Of a DNA stretch of 64,000 bases, positions 26,173 to 40,600 are shown piece by piece. Below the pieces are notes generated by a model, which did not search any database, was not told where the DNA came from, and saw only the letters and a program-made list of their open reading frames with translations. Origin of the DNA: Balanoglossus misakiensis. Taxonomy: Eukaryota; Animalia; Hemichordata. Location of the stretch: contig CM082585.2 of assembly GCA_040954595.2 (NCBI GenBank), positions 7,665,353 through 7,729,352 on the forward strand, given 5' to 3'. How positions within the stretch are numbered: position 1 is the stretch's first letter; each line of letters begins with the position of its first letter. A program made the translations under genes and the position numbers.

Positions 26173-29100
26173 ACGCTGACATCAAATGACATATGATAAG
26201 AAATGTTCGCAAAAAAACTAATTCATACCACGCTTGTCCGAAATCTTAACAACGGCTCATTGACAGTGACTCTCATTGCGTTTTTCAGACTCATTACCTT
26301 GGAATACTCGGAAACGACATGATAGTCTTAACGCCCACGTGTTCAGTCTCAAGACTTCAGCGGTCAAGTTTGACAGATGAAATCCAAAACCCTGAGTCAT
26401 TAGCTCTAGGATATTACGCCCTAATTGCCGTTGTTTAGACTCGGTGCATGGACGGGTCACTAATCTTCGAGTTCTGTCTCGCATGGGATCGACAAAAGGG
26501 AAGACAGCCCATGCAATCCACGAGTCGTGAATTAGCCCTGATGGTGCCTGATAATCCACTTTACGACGCTTTAACACCTTTCCACGTAAAACTGCGCGAC
26601 GACTTTCACGCACCAGATTGCCGTACAAGAAAGAGGCCATAAAACACCGCACGTGTAATCTTCCACGTAAATCCCCAGTACTATTGACACCGGAGGCACG
26701 CTTTAAAAGGAATTAGTCGTGTCATTCCTCCGAGTGATGTGTGTGGACTTAACCGATGTAATCTTAGTTTAACTTAAGCTGCACTCGCGGTATCATTTTT
26801 CGCAAAGCATGGCGGTCCTGTAGTCGGTTTCACGATGTCTGGGTTCCTTTCGATTTCATGGTACATAGATGTTCACATCAAATAAGTCCAGCTATAAACT
26901 GTCACAATTTCATTCCGTGCTTATGGGAACACATCACTATTACTTAGATATGAAATAAATGTATTTAACACCTATACAAATGGCTAGGGCTTATCGTTAA
27001 GGATTATTTCGCAGTACCAATACATCATGGGTTTTTTTACTGCGGTGTTTTAGTCATAGCCTGGGTTGGCAGAGTCAAATACGGCATGGAATTATTTTTA
27101 TTTGTCGACAGAAACTTACTATCACAGAGCAGTAAAGTCAAGACTTTCAGTTATTACACCTTTTATTGACAATTGGTGTTTTTATTCTGCTTCTGCTATA
27201 GGTCACAGGTTATTCACACACAGAATCGTGTGTAATGTGATTGTCTGCGTGGGAGCATTATCATTCATCACTGAGATCGATAACGTGCTTAGGTGTCATA
27301 AAAATGTGTGAAACGGTCTATAAATAGGCTATTATTTCACGCTTATAATTTGGACATGATTGGCCATATTTCCTGCCATTCATTGCCTGTCCAATGAAGC
27401 CACGCAGCCGTGACGCAATTTTCACAGCACTTTCAAGACACGGAATGGCCACGGACCGGCGGTAATATCGAGGCGTTAAAGCTTATAGGCTGTGAGGAGA
27501 ATGTCTCGCTTGCCCATAGACAGTATGACTGTCTATGGCTTGCCCAATCAACTGGTCTCGCGTGCGGGCACACGCAATCAGTAACTAAATCCATCGATAT
27601 CATAGTACGTGAGGTTTTTAGCCGTCCGGAAATTCAGGCGCAACCCGCACGCGGCCCGCTCACACAAAACCGGATCACCTGAACGAAACGCGTCATGTCA
27701 ATAAATGGCGGCCGGTTTGTCAATCTTCATCATACAAGAAAATAGCTCCATCATCACCCCTTTCGGAAGACGCCATCCTAACTACCTCATTACCGCTGAT
27801 TTACCGCGAAGCGACCTCGCGTTTTGTAATAAATATATCTGGCCGCGTACGTTGTTAGTTAGCCTCGGCGTTGTCAGTGCTTGACACGTTTATAGGTGAT
27901 AGGTCGGACACGTTTGGGGGTTTAATGGGGACCGGTGATAGAGCGAGCGAATCTGCCTTCTTCCACCTGGCGATCAGCGCGATCACCTGTAGACGCGGAT
28001 CGAACGCACAGCGCACAAATGAGAACATGATATATAACGTCGTTATACAACATAAATGTTTAAGATGGGCTTTTTATGGGGAGAGAGTACTTCGGAGGCC
28101 CGTAAAAATTACTGCATCACCGCGCTCGGTCTGCAGAAAGTGTCTGTAGACCGTGTGGAATCGAATTAAATGGATATGGCTGATAATCTTCCTTTCCCTC
28201 TAACCTTCAAAGACAACCTTGACATTCATATTAACAGACCATGGTGTTGCCTTCATGACTTTGATAGTTAAACGGACGGTGGCCGAATTGTTTAATTCTG
28301 TTTCCCATATCTTAGTTCTTTCAATAGTTTGAAAGTTATCTTGCAATGCCTATGATTAAAGGAAAGGTCGAAACACCGGCTGGTTTAAGACTGGTTAACA
28401 CATCTGAGTATAATTTGTAAGTTCAGGTAGAGTACTTTGTAATGTTAAGAAGTTATCCTTTGAAGCAAGCTCAATTACTGAAGTTGTCTACGCTTGGAAC
28501 AACACCTCTTAAACATCAAGGTGTCCAAGCAAGCCTTAAAACTAAAAGAGAAAAGTTGGACCCGGTGGATTTAGACATAAAGGGGAAAGAACGAGGCGAG
28601 TGGAACATGTCATAATTGAACAACACGCCCCGGGAGTGCAATGCGAGCATTGCTTTCTAATGGTCGGGCTGAGAGGAAAACACGACGTGCATCTTATGAC
28701 ACTATAGTCCGCCATATTTTGTGGCTGATGTGAGACACTACATGAGATGATGAGATTTCAATCCGAGAGAGTGGTGTAGATTGAAAACACCGGAACTCGT
28801 TGTCGCCATTTCGATTATTGCTAATCAGAGAAATGTGAGTAGCCTCGCTGTCTTCTCTCTGCGAAGGGGTTTGCATACGACAGCAATTGGGAGGGTGGCT
28901 TTCGTACAAGTATTTTCCCCCCAGTTTGAACCAAAATGAATATTTTCCATATTCTGCTTCTCTTTTCTGCCCAGAGGAAATAAACATATCTTCTTAATTC
29001 CCGACGAAACTCAGAAACACGATACGGGGATTTAAAAAAGCATGACATCCGATCAGAGACATGAAAGTGTCACGTGATTAAATTCTGAAATTAATTATCA

Positions 29101-32100
29101 GGTAAATTTCATACACAAATACTTTTATATATTTTTTTCTACAACCTCGGGATTTTTGCAGGTGTTTTTTTTAATGCTACGTGAGTTTTCACAAAAACGT
29201 TTTATGATCGTGCACTGAGTTTAGTTCATTTTTAAGGCTTTTCGTTGATTATCATCGTTGCCTTATTTCCGTGACGAAGAAGAGAAGGCGTCATATAATG
29301 CGGACTATGTTTTCTGCAGAAGTGGATTTTCCTTCCTTGAACCTTGTTTGCCTCGTGTGCTTCTAAACCAGCCACGAAAGAAATGACTCATTAAACAAGT
29401 GTCTCGGAAAAAAAACCCAATCAAACAAACATGCAACTGGTGTGAGGAGAATACCAACACTTGAACCTACTATAGTCACTCGAACGGGTGTGTTGTTTTT
29501 TCGCCACCCCCGCACCCGAATGGAACCATCCGTATGTTAATATCCAGGGGGCAGTGTTCGCCTTACATCATACTCGTATCGGCGAGACACGAATCACGTT
29601 GTTTCAGAATCTAATTTCTCGAGCTCGACTTTCTTGAGGTTTTTCGCATCGCTAAACATTTTGGACACCCTGAATCGAGGACTACAAGCGGTGACATCTC
29701 ACTTAATTCGCGGATTATGGTGAAGTCGACCTTGCCGTAGAAAGTAACCGACTCTGTACTATACCACCGCGCCTCTCAATCTGCCAAGTGACATATCAAA
29801 AAGATGAGTTTTTCGGCCTTCTTCAATGTTGTTGAGACTTTGACATTTTGCATGGTGAGTACACGTTCAATGTGATATTGATTCCCTCGAGTGTAAATGT
29901 TGATTTCACCGGGAGAAATGAATATATTTTCTTTGCATAACGGCCTCGCTGGACCCACTTGAATTCAGAGCGAACGGTTTAATGCGCGGAATACTATACC
30001 GAGATGTCACATTTGCAAACGCAACTTTCCCTATATTCGCGTTCTGAAATCGCTCGGGCTGAACAGCGATGAATCATTTTGAAAGTAACTTCTGAAGCAA
30101 GTGAAAAAGAATTAAAGTTGAAATCAATATAAAAGACGAAAATTAGACCTTTCCAAACTGAAGTCGACTTTCTTCAGTTTTTTCTGTGTTTTTATCTTCG
30201 GAAAACACTGGAATTTCTTTTTTGAATATGACTGGTCATCCTAATGCAAGTCGATCTTCGGTTATGCTTCTGCTTGCGTTTTCTCATCTCTTTCTAACGA
30301 TACTTTGTGTTGCCGCAAATAGCACACAGTATGCGCGATAACGCAATACATACACCGCTGAAGCCAAACATATAGCGCGACGATGTATGGTAATTCATGT
30401 GATTGTGGACTCGGACGCGCTATGTTAAAAGCAAAACACAATGTGATGTTTTCAGTTCGGAGTCGCCAATGTCTATCCCCAGCGGCCTTAATTTTCCATT
30501 ATTGAGGTAAATGTATCAATTACTCAACGAAGGCCGCCGCACTACAGTCAATTATTTTAATTCTTTGATATTTTTGTTCATAATTCATTTGACAGGTGTG
30601 CAGAATAATTTGGGTTAATGTGACTTCTATTGTCCGTAATATTTTATCATTTTCTAAAATAAGAACAGTGCAATTTTCGGCGAATATTTAATGTCGATCA
30701 TAAAACTGAACTGGTCACGAATCTGCGTTCAACTGGTCGTGCGCGCACGTTCTACTTCATTGCAATTCGAATTTGAAATGACAATCGAATTTTCTGACAA
30801 AAAATCTGATTATTTGTGATTATTATGAGTTTAACATGTTCGAAACTTCCCTCGATGGAAGAATATGTTTATTTCGGAGCAGTTCCGTGATGAGGTCTAA
30901 CATCGGTAGCGAGTGATCTGTTTACACAAATACAGTGGCTGGCTTACCCGGGGATCTGATCTTTAACGTGAAGCCAATACACAGAAGTTAAAAGTATCCC
31001 ACCGCTGCCTGAGCGACTATATATGATCGTAAAATCTTACATTATTGTACAAGGGTAATCTTGATCAGGCTATTACACGGTCCACCCATCACAGTTGCAA
31101 AGCGTGTTTCTTTCCAGTGTTTATAGACCAAGGGATATTCGTTTGGAATATTGAGATAAGACAATCGCTATAAATCAGCCGAATTGCCGCCGCGTTTACG
31201 ACGTGTATTCCTATTGGTCTGAGATACTTATCTACAACACAAAAAGATAGCTGTGCGTTTTGATTCCATCAAATATAAATTTCGCCACTCTTAAGCTGGG
31301 TTAGGGAAATTGGCTTTCATCGCATCATGACGTGCGAGGTGATGTTTTTGACGACTCAGTAAACTGAACGACAACGTCTTCACACTAATCCATCTGTAAT
31401 GCACGTTCCATATTAATATTTTTGCACTTATGGTAATAATATCATAAATCTAAGGTTAGCCGTATGGTACAGACTCTGAAAATATGTCATCTGACCCATT
31501 CATTAGCGTTTAAGTAAAAGTTATTTTGTAACAGATGGTGCACCATCTAATGGATCCTCAGTTTGCTCCTGCTAATTCGGTGTTGAATCATCCAGCGGAT
31601 ACGAATTCGACGTCTCGGTGGCTGAGAGAAATTTCATAACGTTCTTAAATGACAAAAGGACGTCATAAAAAGATTAGGACCGTCCGCGACGGCGAGATTG
31701 CATCTTGCCTGATGGTGTTATCAAAATCCTATTTAGTGGCGGGACCCGCACTCTCGTGGAAAAAGTACAAATTCATCGTTTCAGATGAGCGTATACAAGT
31801 ATATACAACGACCGCCAAACGTACCGTGAACCATTTACGACGCACTTAATAACGAGGAACGCTTTCTGTCTCGCACCTGCATGTCTCAGAATTTCTTACG
31901 TGCGTCTATGTCGTGTTATATTCATTGCGAACAAACACGTTAAACATGGGCAACTAGCGGGGCAGAGACTGTAATCTCCTCGCCCGCGCTAGAACAAACC
32001 ACAAGGAAAAATATGATGTGTGTGTAATCTGCCGTGGCTATCAATCCATAGCCTCTGAGTGCGGTGTTTTGTCTCAGTAATTCAAAGCACCGTTTAATGC

Positions 32101-32429
32101 CACAGTTATCAGTTCAGGTAGCTTGGCATTTTAAGTGATAATTACATTTTATTAATGGAGCAACGCACGTCTGTGGAGAGAAGTTCTCGATCTAAATAGC
32201 TCGGCCAAGTAAGGAGTTCTATATATTCCATGTGAGTATGCTAAAAGTGTCATCGATTCAGACGTTGCCGGCAACTAGGTAACTCCGCATTCATCATTAT
32301 TGAAGGAAGCGTTTTAGTCGGAAGAAGCGGTCGAACAGGCATTGCCGGAAAAGAGCTACTTGACATGAACCCATTTAGTCTAAGTACACATTTTACTTAT
32401 ATTGAGTTGTGCTTGATAAATGAAGCAGG

Positions 32430-32430
<1 letters not shown>

Positions 32431-32478
<48 letters not shown>
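32431..32478. repeat. (TGTC)n tetranucleotide microsatellite
   Basis: About 12 perfect units read directly. Confidence 0.95.
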
Positions 32479-32482
<4 letters not shown>

Positions 32483-35327
32483 GGCAATCCTAAACTGTCC
32501 TCTGTTAATACAAATGTTTCAAATAACACGTCCACGCGACAGTTTGTCTAAAACGTTATCGTCGATTAAATTTCGAAAAATGCTTGGACCAAACAGTTAC
32601 TTGACAAAAAAGTGAACAGACGTGGAATTACATTTCCGACCACAGAAAGAAACTAAAGAAACGACATCACTGGCGCAGCGTTCCAGCCAAACCGATCATT
32701 GTACGCTAACAAAAGTACACTTTTAAAACACATTCTTATATTGCGGTATGCTTTTTTTTACGACGTTTTACATTTTATGTATGTAAGGTTCCCTCTGATT
32801 CTGAATGGAGTTATCTGTGAATCAGGGAGGCGCGCGATTAAAATTAACCGTTGCCAGGTTTCTGTAACTATGCAGAATCTACAGGCGGGTGAATGGAAAT
32901 ATCGTGTAATAAGCGCGTTCTTTATTAGTTGTTTCAAACAGTCAGAAAATCGGGTTAACTGACCGAAATAGTTTTTCCTAAGATATTGCTACGTTTAAAT
33001 ATACTAATCAGGACGCAAATGAAAATTATGATTTGAATTTAAAATGTTCAATCACCGGGAATGTCTGGTTTTATTGGGCTTAGAATCACAGCAATTTGCG
33101 GTTGTCTGTCTGCTAAGGTTTGAGCAGAAAAACATCTGAAAGGAAGCACATATATCAGGTACAACGGTGTTTGTTTGTTGTTGTTGTCGCTTGGGGCGCG
33201 TTCAGCGAACCCGTCGGCAATATTGCATACCTTTGTGGTGTCCACGGTCGGTGGAAAACCATAGAATACCTGTGAATGTTACTGGGACTTACTTCACTCT
33301 TGGAAGCGCGACAGAAAATCTGTCATAAATGGTTCTGGACAATTAACGGCGGTGTTTTGTTTCGCACGGCATACAGTGTGCGTGTTTGGTAACGTTAAAC
33401 ACGTCGTCTGGTGTACAGATGTGTCACTCATATGACAGGGATGGCAAATGACAGTTACGTGACGAACCATAAACCAGAAATCCGTTATTGCAGAGATGTG
33501 AATAACAAGACCCACTGGTCGAGAGTAAGCTTTATCACAACAACAGGAAACGGCCAACTTGCCGAGAAAAAGCCAATGGAATTGCCAGGTACACCTGGTG
33601 CATAACTTGTTTCAAAACCATGCATGCATCCATTCAGCAAAACGAAAATGTTAATGGACAAAGCTATATTCGCAAACATGTCTCCTGTAGACCACTAGGC
33701 TTGAAGTATTGTATCGTGTAAGTCGACACAGCCATCTCGTGCGTGATTCCTTGCAAGTCAATGTAAGTTCACATCCGAACGATGATTCGAGTTTTGTGTA
33801 TCACACGTGTCACTTTTTTAATCACTACATTTCTGGAAATGATCACTTCATTTCTCGCAAGATGAGTATTACGTGACGCTGAAGACGAGTCTGAATGTCA
33901 TCTAACACCGGCGAATCATCATTTCTTTCTTCCCCTTTTTTTACGATCGACAGTTTTTACAAGACAAGACAATATTAGCCCGAAATCCACTCCATCGACT
34001 ATATAAGACGTCCCCCCGGGCACGCTGTAAAACCCGGCATCGTGACATGCATGCGTACTAACCGCTTATAGCAGATAAAAACTTCATTGGGAACCGTGCT
34101 ATTGAATGCCCGGGGTGTCTAAGGAAAACCTCGCTGTCAACACAAGGGGGGTAAATCACCCAACATGACGATAAAAGCGCTTATTACACTATGCCCCCCG
34201 ACCGTATTTTACAACAAGAAAACTCTACGTCACCACACTTCTTTTTTTAAAAGAGCTGTTCTGATATTTTCACCATAGCAAAAATATAGCATGGGAAGAA
34301 AAGTACTGACTCAGCATTTTCCAGGGTAGACCCCAATCTCTCAAGGCTTGGAAGGCCAGAAGCTTGCTTCACGAGCCCCCCTACGTCAACTGTGGAAATC
34401 GTCTCAATTGTGGGACGCAAGTACTAATTTAGTTGCAAATTTAGACAGAATCAAGTAGTCCATGCATGATTTAGTGGACGTCGTTTGGAATTCGGTTTTG
34501 TTGGTCGGAAGCTAACAAGGCAGAAATGGATTTTCACTCAGCTTGTTAGTACAACAAAATAGCCTCATTAGGCTGGACGAGACTGGAAGCATAATAAAGC
34601 CGACGGCTGCAGAACTATTGCCCAACGATTAGGACAAGAAACCGCCCACTGCTTTGAACGTTTGTTGCTATTTTCAACTGCATTACTTTAGTTTTGTTCG
34701 ACTTGCGTCATGTCACCTCGAAAAGTCTGATTTCTTTACTTTCAATACACTGCTTGATATGCGCTAAACAGAAGCGAGTGAGTATAGAAGACAGATAGTT
34801 TCTTCACGATCGCCAAAAGCAATTGCCGGATAATGCAGTGTACCCGCGATTTTATTATTCCGCCAGAATTGAAAATTGATGACGTAGCTAGAACTGCAAA
34901 AAGACGAATGAAATGTACCACCCCTTTGCAGTTGATTTCACAAAACGAAGAATTCGTGCTCTGTAGGTTTTGACTGCCATTCGATCATTAAAAAACAGCA
35001 GCGGCCTTAAACAATCCTGATGGCACGTGAATTGAATTAGGGTCCCTGAAATTTGTTTTAAAATTGGCCGAATCGTTTTTGCTTCTTACAATAAACACCG
35101 ATTTGAAAGTAAAACAAGAACATGCATGAGCGAACAACGTAAAACAACAACCAATAAAGTTTAGATACATTTTTTTCTCACAAATGCTTTCGGCGTATCT
35201 TGTGAAAATTGCGTGAGTTAGTATCTGTAGGTTACATAAAAAGTGCCATAAAGGCACAAGAATATTTTATAGGGTATTCACAAAATATGATTATGCATGG
35301 ACTCCGAGCACGGGGCATTAAACGGTA

Positions 35328-35417
35328 CACGAGTATGTCCTCCCATAATTATAAATTGTCTAGCTGCGCAAGATCTCGCACTGACGTAGGATCTCGTAGA
35401 ATTCGGAAAAGGGTCTA
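35328..35417 (-). mobile_element. MITE family A, partial copy 3
   Basis: cacgagtatgtcctccca...agatctcgca...ggatctcgtagaattcggaaaagggtcta aligns with the right end of 17885-18130. Confidence 0.6.
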
Positions 35418-37621
35418 CTGTACCTGGGAAATCACATCGAAACCAACAAGATACGACGTTAGACCTGCATGCATATATGTTTGACACACAAAATATCGAA
35501 CGATAACGCAGAGGTCTACTTGGCCCCAAGCAGTCGTCTGAAATGCTATGGGGGTGTAATGATTGGAACTGTCTACTTCAAAGGAGTCTCAGACTTATAA
35601 AAACAAAAGCTAAACCCAATCTAATATGATATATAGTAATTCATAACACGACAGGGACAAATAAATCAATACTTCCAAACTTAATTAGAGGAGCGAGAAA
35701 TACAAACAGCCACTAATCGTTACTTGTATTATTTGATAAATTGGCTGCTTGAATTACTGACACGCCACGGTTGGCCTTTATCCTGGGCGATTTGGAGGCA
35801 CAATTTCGATTCTATGTCAAGAGCTTGGATGATACAGCCATTTTCAATGACTCACGTCATATACATGTAAATGAACGTAGATATACGAAATCATGGGTAA
35901 TATGACTAGTAAGTATACTCGTTTGTTGTTGCAGACATGCATGCAGACAGACAAACTTTTTATCAAAGAGAAACTATATTTAGACCCTACTGCCAATTCA
36001 TTGCCATTCTTGCAAATCAATTTGAACGGCGGGAGTAATGAATTGACCTCCTGAAAATGGAATCCCTGCCCTCCCATTACTCCTCGAATGGACTTATATC
36101 TCCCCGGCGTTGACAAAACTACCGCTCTTTCAGCCTCTCACATCAAAATGACTAGCACAATTCATATAATGAAGAGTTGGTAGTCCTAATAAAAATCCAG
36201 GAGGCGACGAGGGTGCCTTCACAATGGCGGGTTCCTTAAGTGCATAATGGACGATAATTCCTATGCTTTATCAAGTGAAGTCCAATATAAAAGCTTTTAT
36301 CCTCCTGGCGCGGGAAATTATATTAGCAGCCTTTTCATTCTCAGTTAAAACTAAGCCGCGGCTCAATCCGGCGGCAATAATTTTATATTACGCATTCGAT
36401 TCAACGCGCTTCGGAGAGGAAAGCGGGAGAGCGTGCGAGAGCGGACCCCCTGGTGATTTCGATGGCATGGTCTCCTTTTTGAGTGCAGGCATGCCACATA
36501 CATCTTAGATGGAACATTCGAGCGATACATTCTTCCCAGTGCTTTGTTGGGAGACGAGTGGGGCATGGAAACATACGTTCTATAAGCACCTCACACCTTC
36601 TGGGCAGGATGTGTCATCTTGATGGAAACCGACTCCGTTTTTACACGACAATGAATCGTCGTTAGCCCTGGGTCGATTGCCAGATATAGAACGACACGGA
36701 TATAAACGAGACGCAATTGGGAGCGGTGCTGAATAAAGGCCACGGTTTACAAAACAAAAACTTAGATACACGAACTGTCTTATTAGTGGAACGTTGAATT
36801 AGGCATGGGAAAGATAAAAGGGTTGTCATGTTATTCTTTTAATCTGTCAAACCTCATCTATTTGGACAGGATGACGCCCAATGGAACACGCTGAATTAAT
36901 GATCACTAAACCACCACTCCAGCTCTCGCAGGGGTACAAGTGTGTGAAAATAATTTGTCATCGTATGCGAGGCGAAAAAAAAGTTTTGTTGAGAAGACCG
37001 ACAAATACCGGAGCCACTCTGATCATTCGCGCAGCAAAACTACAGAACAGTCGCAGAAATCACCACTGCTGATATAACAACACCGTGCCCACGTTTTACC
37101 TTCGAGGGCGATGACCAAAGCATGCAACATCCGCTTTCGTCGCGTCCGCAAATGTCACAGACGCAAGCTTCCTGTGTGCCGATACAAAAACACTCGGCAG
37201 TGTGCCTTCGCCCCCTTGTCTGTAGTCAGGTACTTCTGCACGAGATTTTCTACAGCAAAGGAAATGAAAATATAGCGACTAGAAACGAGCAGCAGAGAGC
37301 CGTTGTGTACCAACCAACGGCACAATATCCTTCCCGTAGAGTTTTGATTAAATTATACACACGAGCCAAGCTAACGATTTCATCCGTCGGAAACCGAGGC
37401 AGTGTTGCTCAAAAACAACCAATTTGAAAGAAGCTGCGCTGAGCACGCGTAGAATTCTGCTTCACACATAAAAGAATTCAATAAAAAAAACTATCACGAA
37501 AACCAACCAGTGGATTATCAGTGAAGTTGCCTTTCTGCAGTCCAACTTATTCCATGAAATAAAGACTTTTCTGACTATTTTTAGAACACATCTTAACCAT
37601 TTGTTTTAAATTTATTCATAG

Positions 37622-40600
37622 GTCCTGCTGTCATGTGACGTCATATGCAAAGCTATAGAGCTCCATCACCAAGGTATGTTATGCAAATTTTCACAACATC
37701 TAATTTCGGCTGCAATGGCATATATTCTACTGGCGATTATTACGGTTTACTCTCAAACTATTAATAACTTCAATTATTCCCGAGACGACCATTAAAATGC
37801 CGATTGGAACTGGGTTTTAGATTGGAAATTGGCGTGCAATGAAAACAGAAATTCAAACGACGTTATTTCACCAAATATAAAACCATTACCAGAATAAATT
37901 GCAAAAGCCATTTCCAAACATTCCTTATATCTATTCTGTATGTTTACAGTCGTCTCTTCATCTGCGCATGCTCCGAATGCTATAATATATCATTTATCAC
38001 GATGGAAAGACTATTACTATTTTGATACGTGCTAAACTACGGTGGGTCATTCCTGCCTGGCTGATTGTCCCTGAGGGCGACTTTTGGGGTTTCTCGTGAT
38101 AAGCCCCTAAGCAAAGAGGGTCTGCCCCAACCCTTATGCGAAAGTTAAACAATAAACCCATAATAATTCTTTCTTTCTTTTACCCGCCAAGCAGACAATG
38201 AAAATCATCACCGAGAGCGCAGGGCTGTTTGCTCGCCCGGGTGGACCGACGTCTCCGGTGTGTGCGCGCAGAACGTGGACGACGCGCCTCGGTCTTGGTG
38301 GGAGGCGCATCTCGATTGCACACAGAGGGGCGGTTACCTGTCGACAAAGGACAACATGGCTACCCCGCTCAACGCGATCGGTAAGTTTTAAATGTCGAGA
38401 AACATCCGGGATATAACGAATAAAGTGTGCATTGGCGGGTTTGGCCATTCCAGTCAGGAATCGGAAATCATCCAATGATCTTCTAAAGATATGAATTAAA
38501 CGAGTAGTGAATGGAAAAGAGCTGCAGAGGTCAAACACTGAAGTCAGCGTTTGAACGTATGGAAGTAGGTAAATAGTTTAAAGGTACAATCACGGGGAGG
38601 GGCTGTGCTACAATTTTACAACTACTGACTTGCATGAACATGAACATGAACACAGTGGGAGTTAAGAATACAAACTACATGTACATATCCCGTTCTTCAA
38701 CTTTTGCGCACCCACTCATAGATGGGAACAATTGCGAGAAATTCTGAACTGCATCTACTACGTAAACACAGCGATGATAAACTACCGACATCAGATGGTA
38801 CTCAGATACCAACACAATATCTGGCGGTCATTTGCGTGCTCGAGTAGGCGATTACCGGGCGATCATCTGCGGTTAAGCCGCCTCAAATAAACGCAAACAA
38901 CAGCCAAGGTTAGCGGAACACCTGAGAGCGGGAAATTGCCACGTTGAAGGTGCTACTCCAGAAGCTATTAGTAATGTTATAAATCTACCTGTCTGTTGCT
39001 AACGTTCTCCGGGTCCATTACAGAGCTCGGAAATTTATGGGCAGGGTAGGCGCGTCCACGCCCGTCTTTTCAATTCCTGGGAAGTGTGATCAATTATTGA
39101 AGACACACTTATCAATCGACTTCGGGAACGATGACGAGGGTGTGGTTGTAAACAGAAAAATCGCACATGCGCAGTTCAGACGAACTTCTCCTTTAAAGTT
39201 TATTTCGGCGTTTACTTTTACGATGATTGTGTCGATCAACAATACAAAACAGAAATTGAAGTGGTCCAAATGCATGTTTTGTAACATTGGCTATAGAATA
39301 AGCAGACATGTATTTTCACGTGTTTTTTTCGCAGGCTGCCCTGCTGGTAGCTACCCGAACGAGAACCAGACATATTGTTACGAGTTGACAAACACGCCCG
39401 CGACTCTGCAAGAGGCTCGCGATTACTGCCGAACAAAAGGTGGCGATGTCCCGGATGTTTGGAGTTCGGAAGAGATACAGACGATCCTGGGAGAGGTATC
39501 AAAGCAAGGCATCGCATTTAAAGGGTAATTTTGCTCAGTTGGAAGAATTACTGTTTATGGCTTGCGTATACTTTTTGTACCAGATAGCTTACTTTGATAT
39601 AAGGTTTCTGGAAAAGAATATTTCACGTTCTGTCACTGACTTCGTTGCATTTTACCATGGATGACTCAACGCAATTTGAAATGGGCGGGCGTTATCGGTA
39701 TGTTAGACCAGTACATTTGCTTGAGTCTGAGTGTAGTACATATATTCTGCGCCATGACACCCAGTTCACCGTTTCCTTGTATCTCCAGCGGCAGTGAGTG
39801 GAGAAACGGCTTTTGGATCGGGCAGCACACAGCCGACGCTGGAGGAGCGTGGGTATACCTCTCGGACAACGGGGAAACGGTGTACCTGGAATGGGCGCCG
39901 AGTCAGCCAAGCGGGCTTTCGTCTGAGGCCTGCGCTGTTTTGATCTATGACGACGTCAATCCCCCCTCTGGACACGCGGGGAAAATGTTGAGCACTGGTT
40001 GCGACGACGCTGGAAACAAAATTATGTGCAAGTATAAAGCTGGAGGTACGATCAATTCATTTCTGACGTAATGGCATCTGGCATACACTTTGAAAGGGGG
40101 TTTTGTTTTGTCGTTATAGTTGTCGTAACCTGTTTCATATCCTCCATAACTACATACCTAATATCTAACCCTCTCATTACGGACACCTGTCAAATCAGAA
40201 CACATTTGTATTAAGGACATATTTTCTGGTACAAGAGGTGTCGTTAATAGACCTGTTTCACTGCAATGCTTTCGAAAAACATCTCCTTATCTGTATAATT
40301 CCTTTAACCACGCCAGCATGGGTTGGAGCGGCTTGGGCTACAAGTGACGTTCGGTTCGTCGACGACACCGTAGTGGCGGCGATGTGGTTTGACGGAGTGC
40401 CGCCCAACGACAAGTGCGCCCTGGAGCGAGGCGACGGCACCTGGGACGCTGACGACTGTGCCAGCCTGCACCCGTACGTCTGCCGCGAGGGCACTCTCTC
40501 GATCGCCTCTAACTTGGTGGGCTCAGTCGTGACCCGTGTAGCAGAGGCGGACATCGGTAGGTCGAATTCCAAGAAGTAGAGACATCTGAAATCGACAGGG

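Noticed and set aside
15000-37000. Many 60-160 aa ORFs in the large intron or intergenic region
   Set aside because: No recognisable motifs, many non-ATG starts, no chain of phase-compatible exons.
37122-37229. Alternative first exon for the GPCR (MQHPLSSRPQ...VCSQ|GTACTT)
   Set aside because: Phase-compatible, but the donor is weak and the peptide lacks a hydrophobic core; not fully excluded.
39024-39045. Micro-exon ELGNLWAG resembling the CTLD WxG motif
   Set aside because: Ends in phase 2, incompatible with exon 39335, and the frame stops immediately; may be a relic but unsupported.
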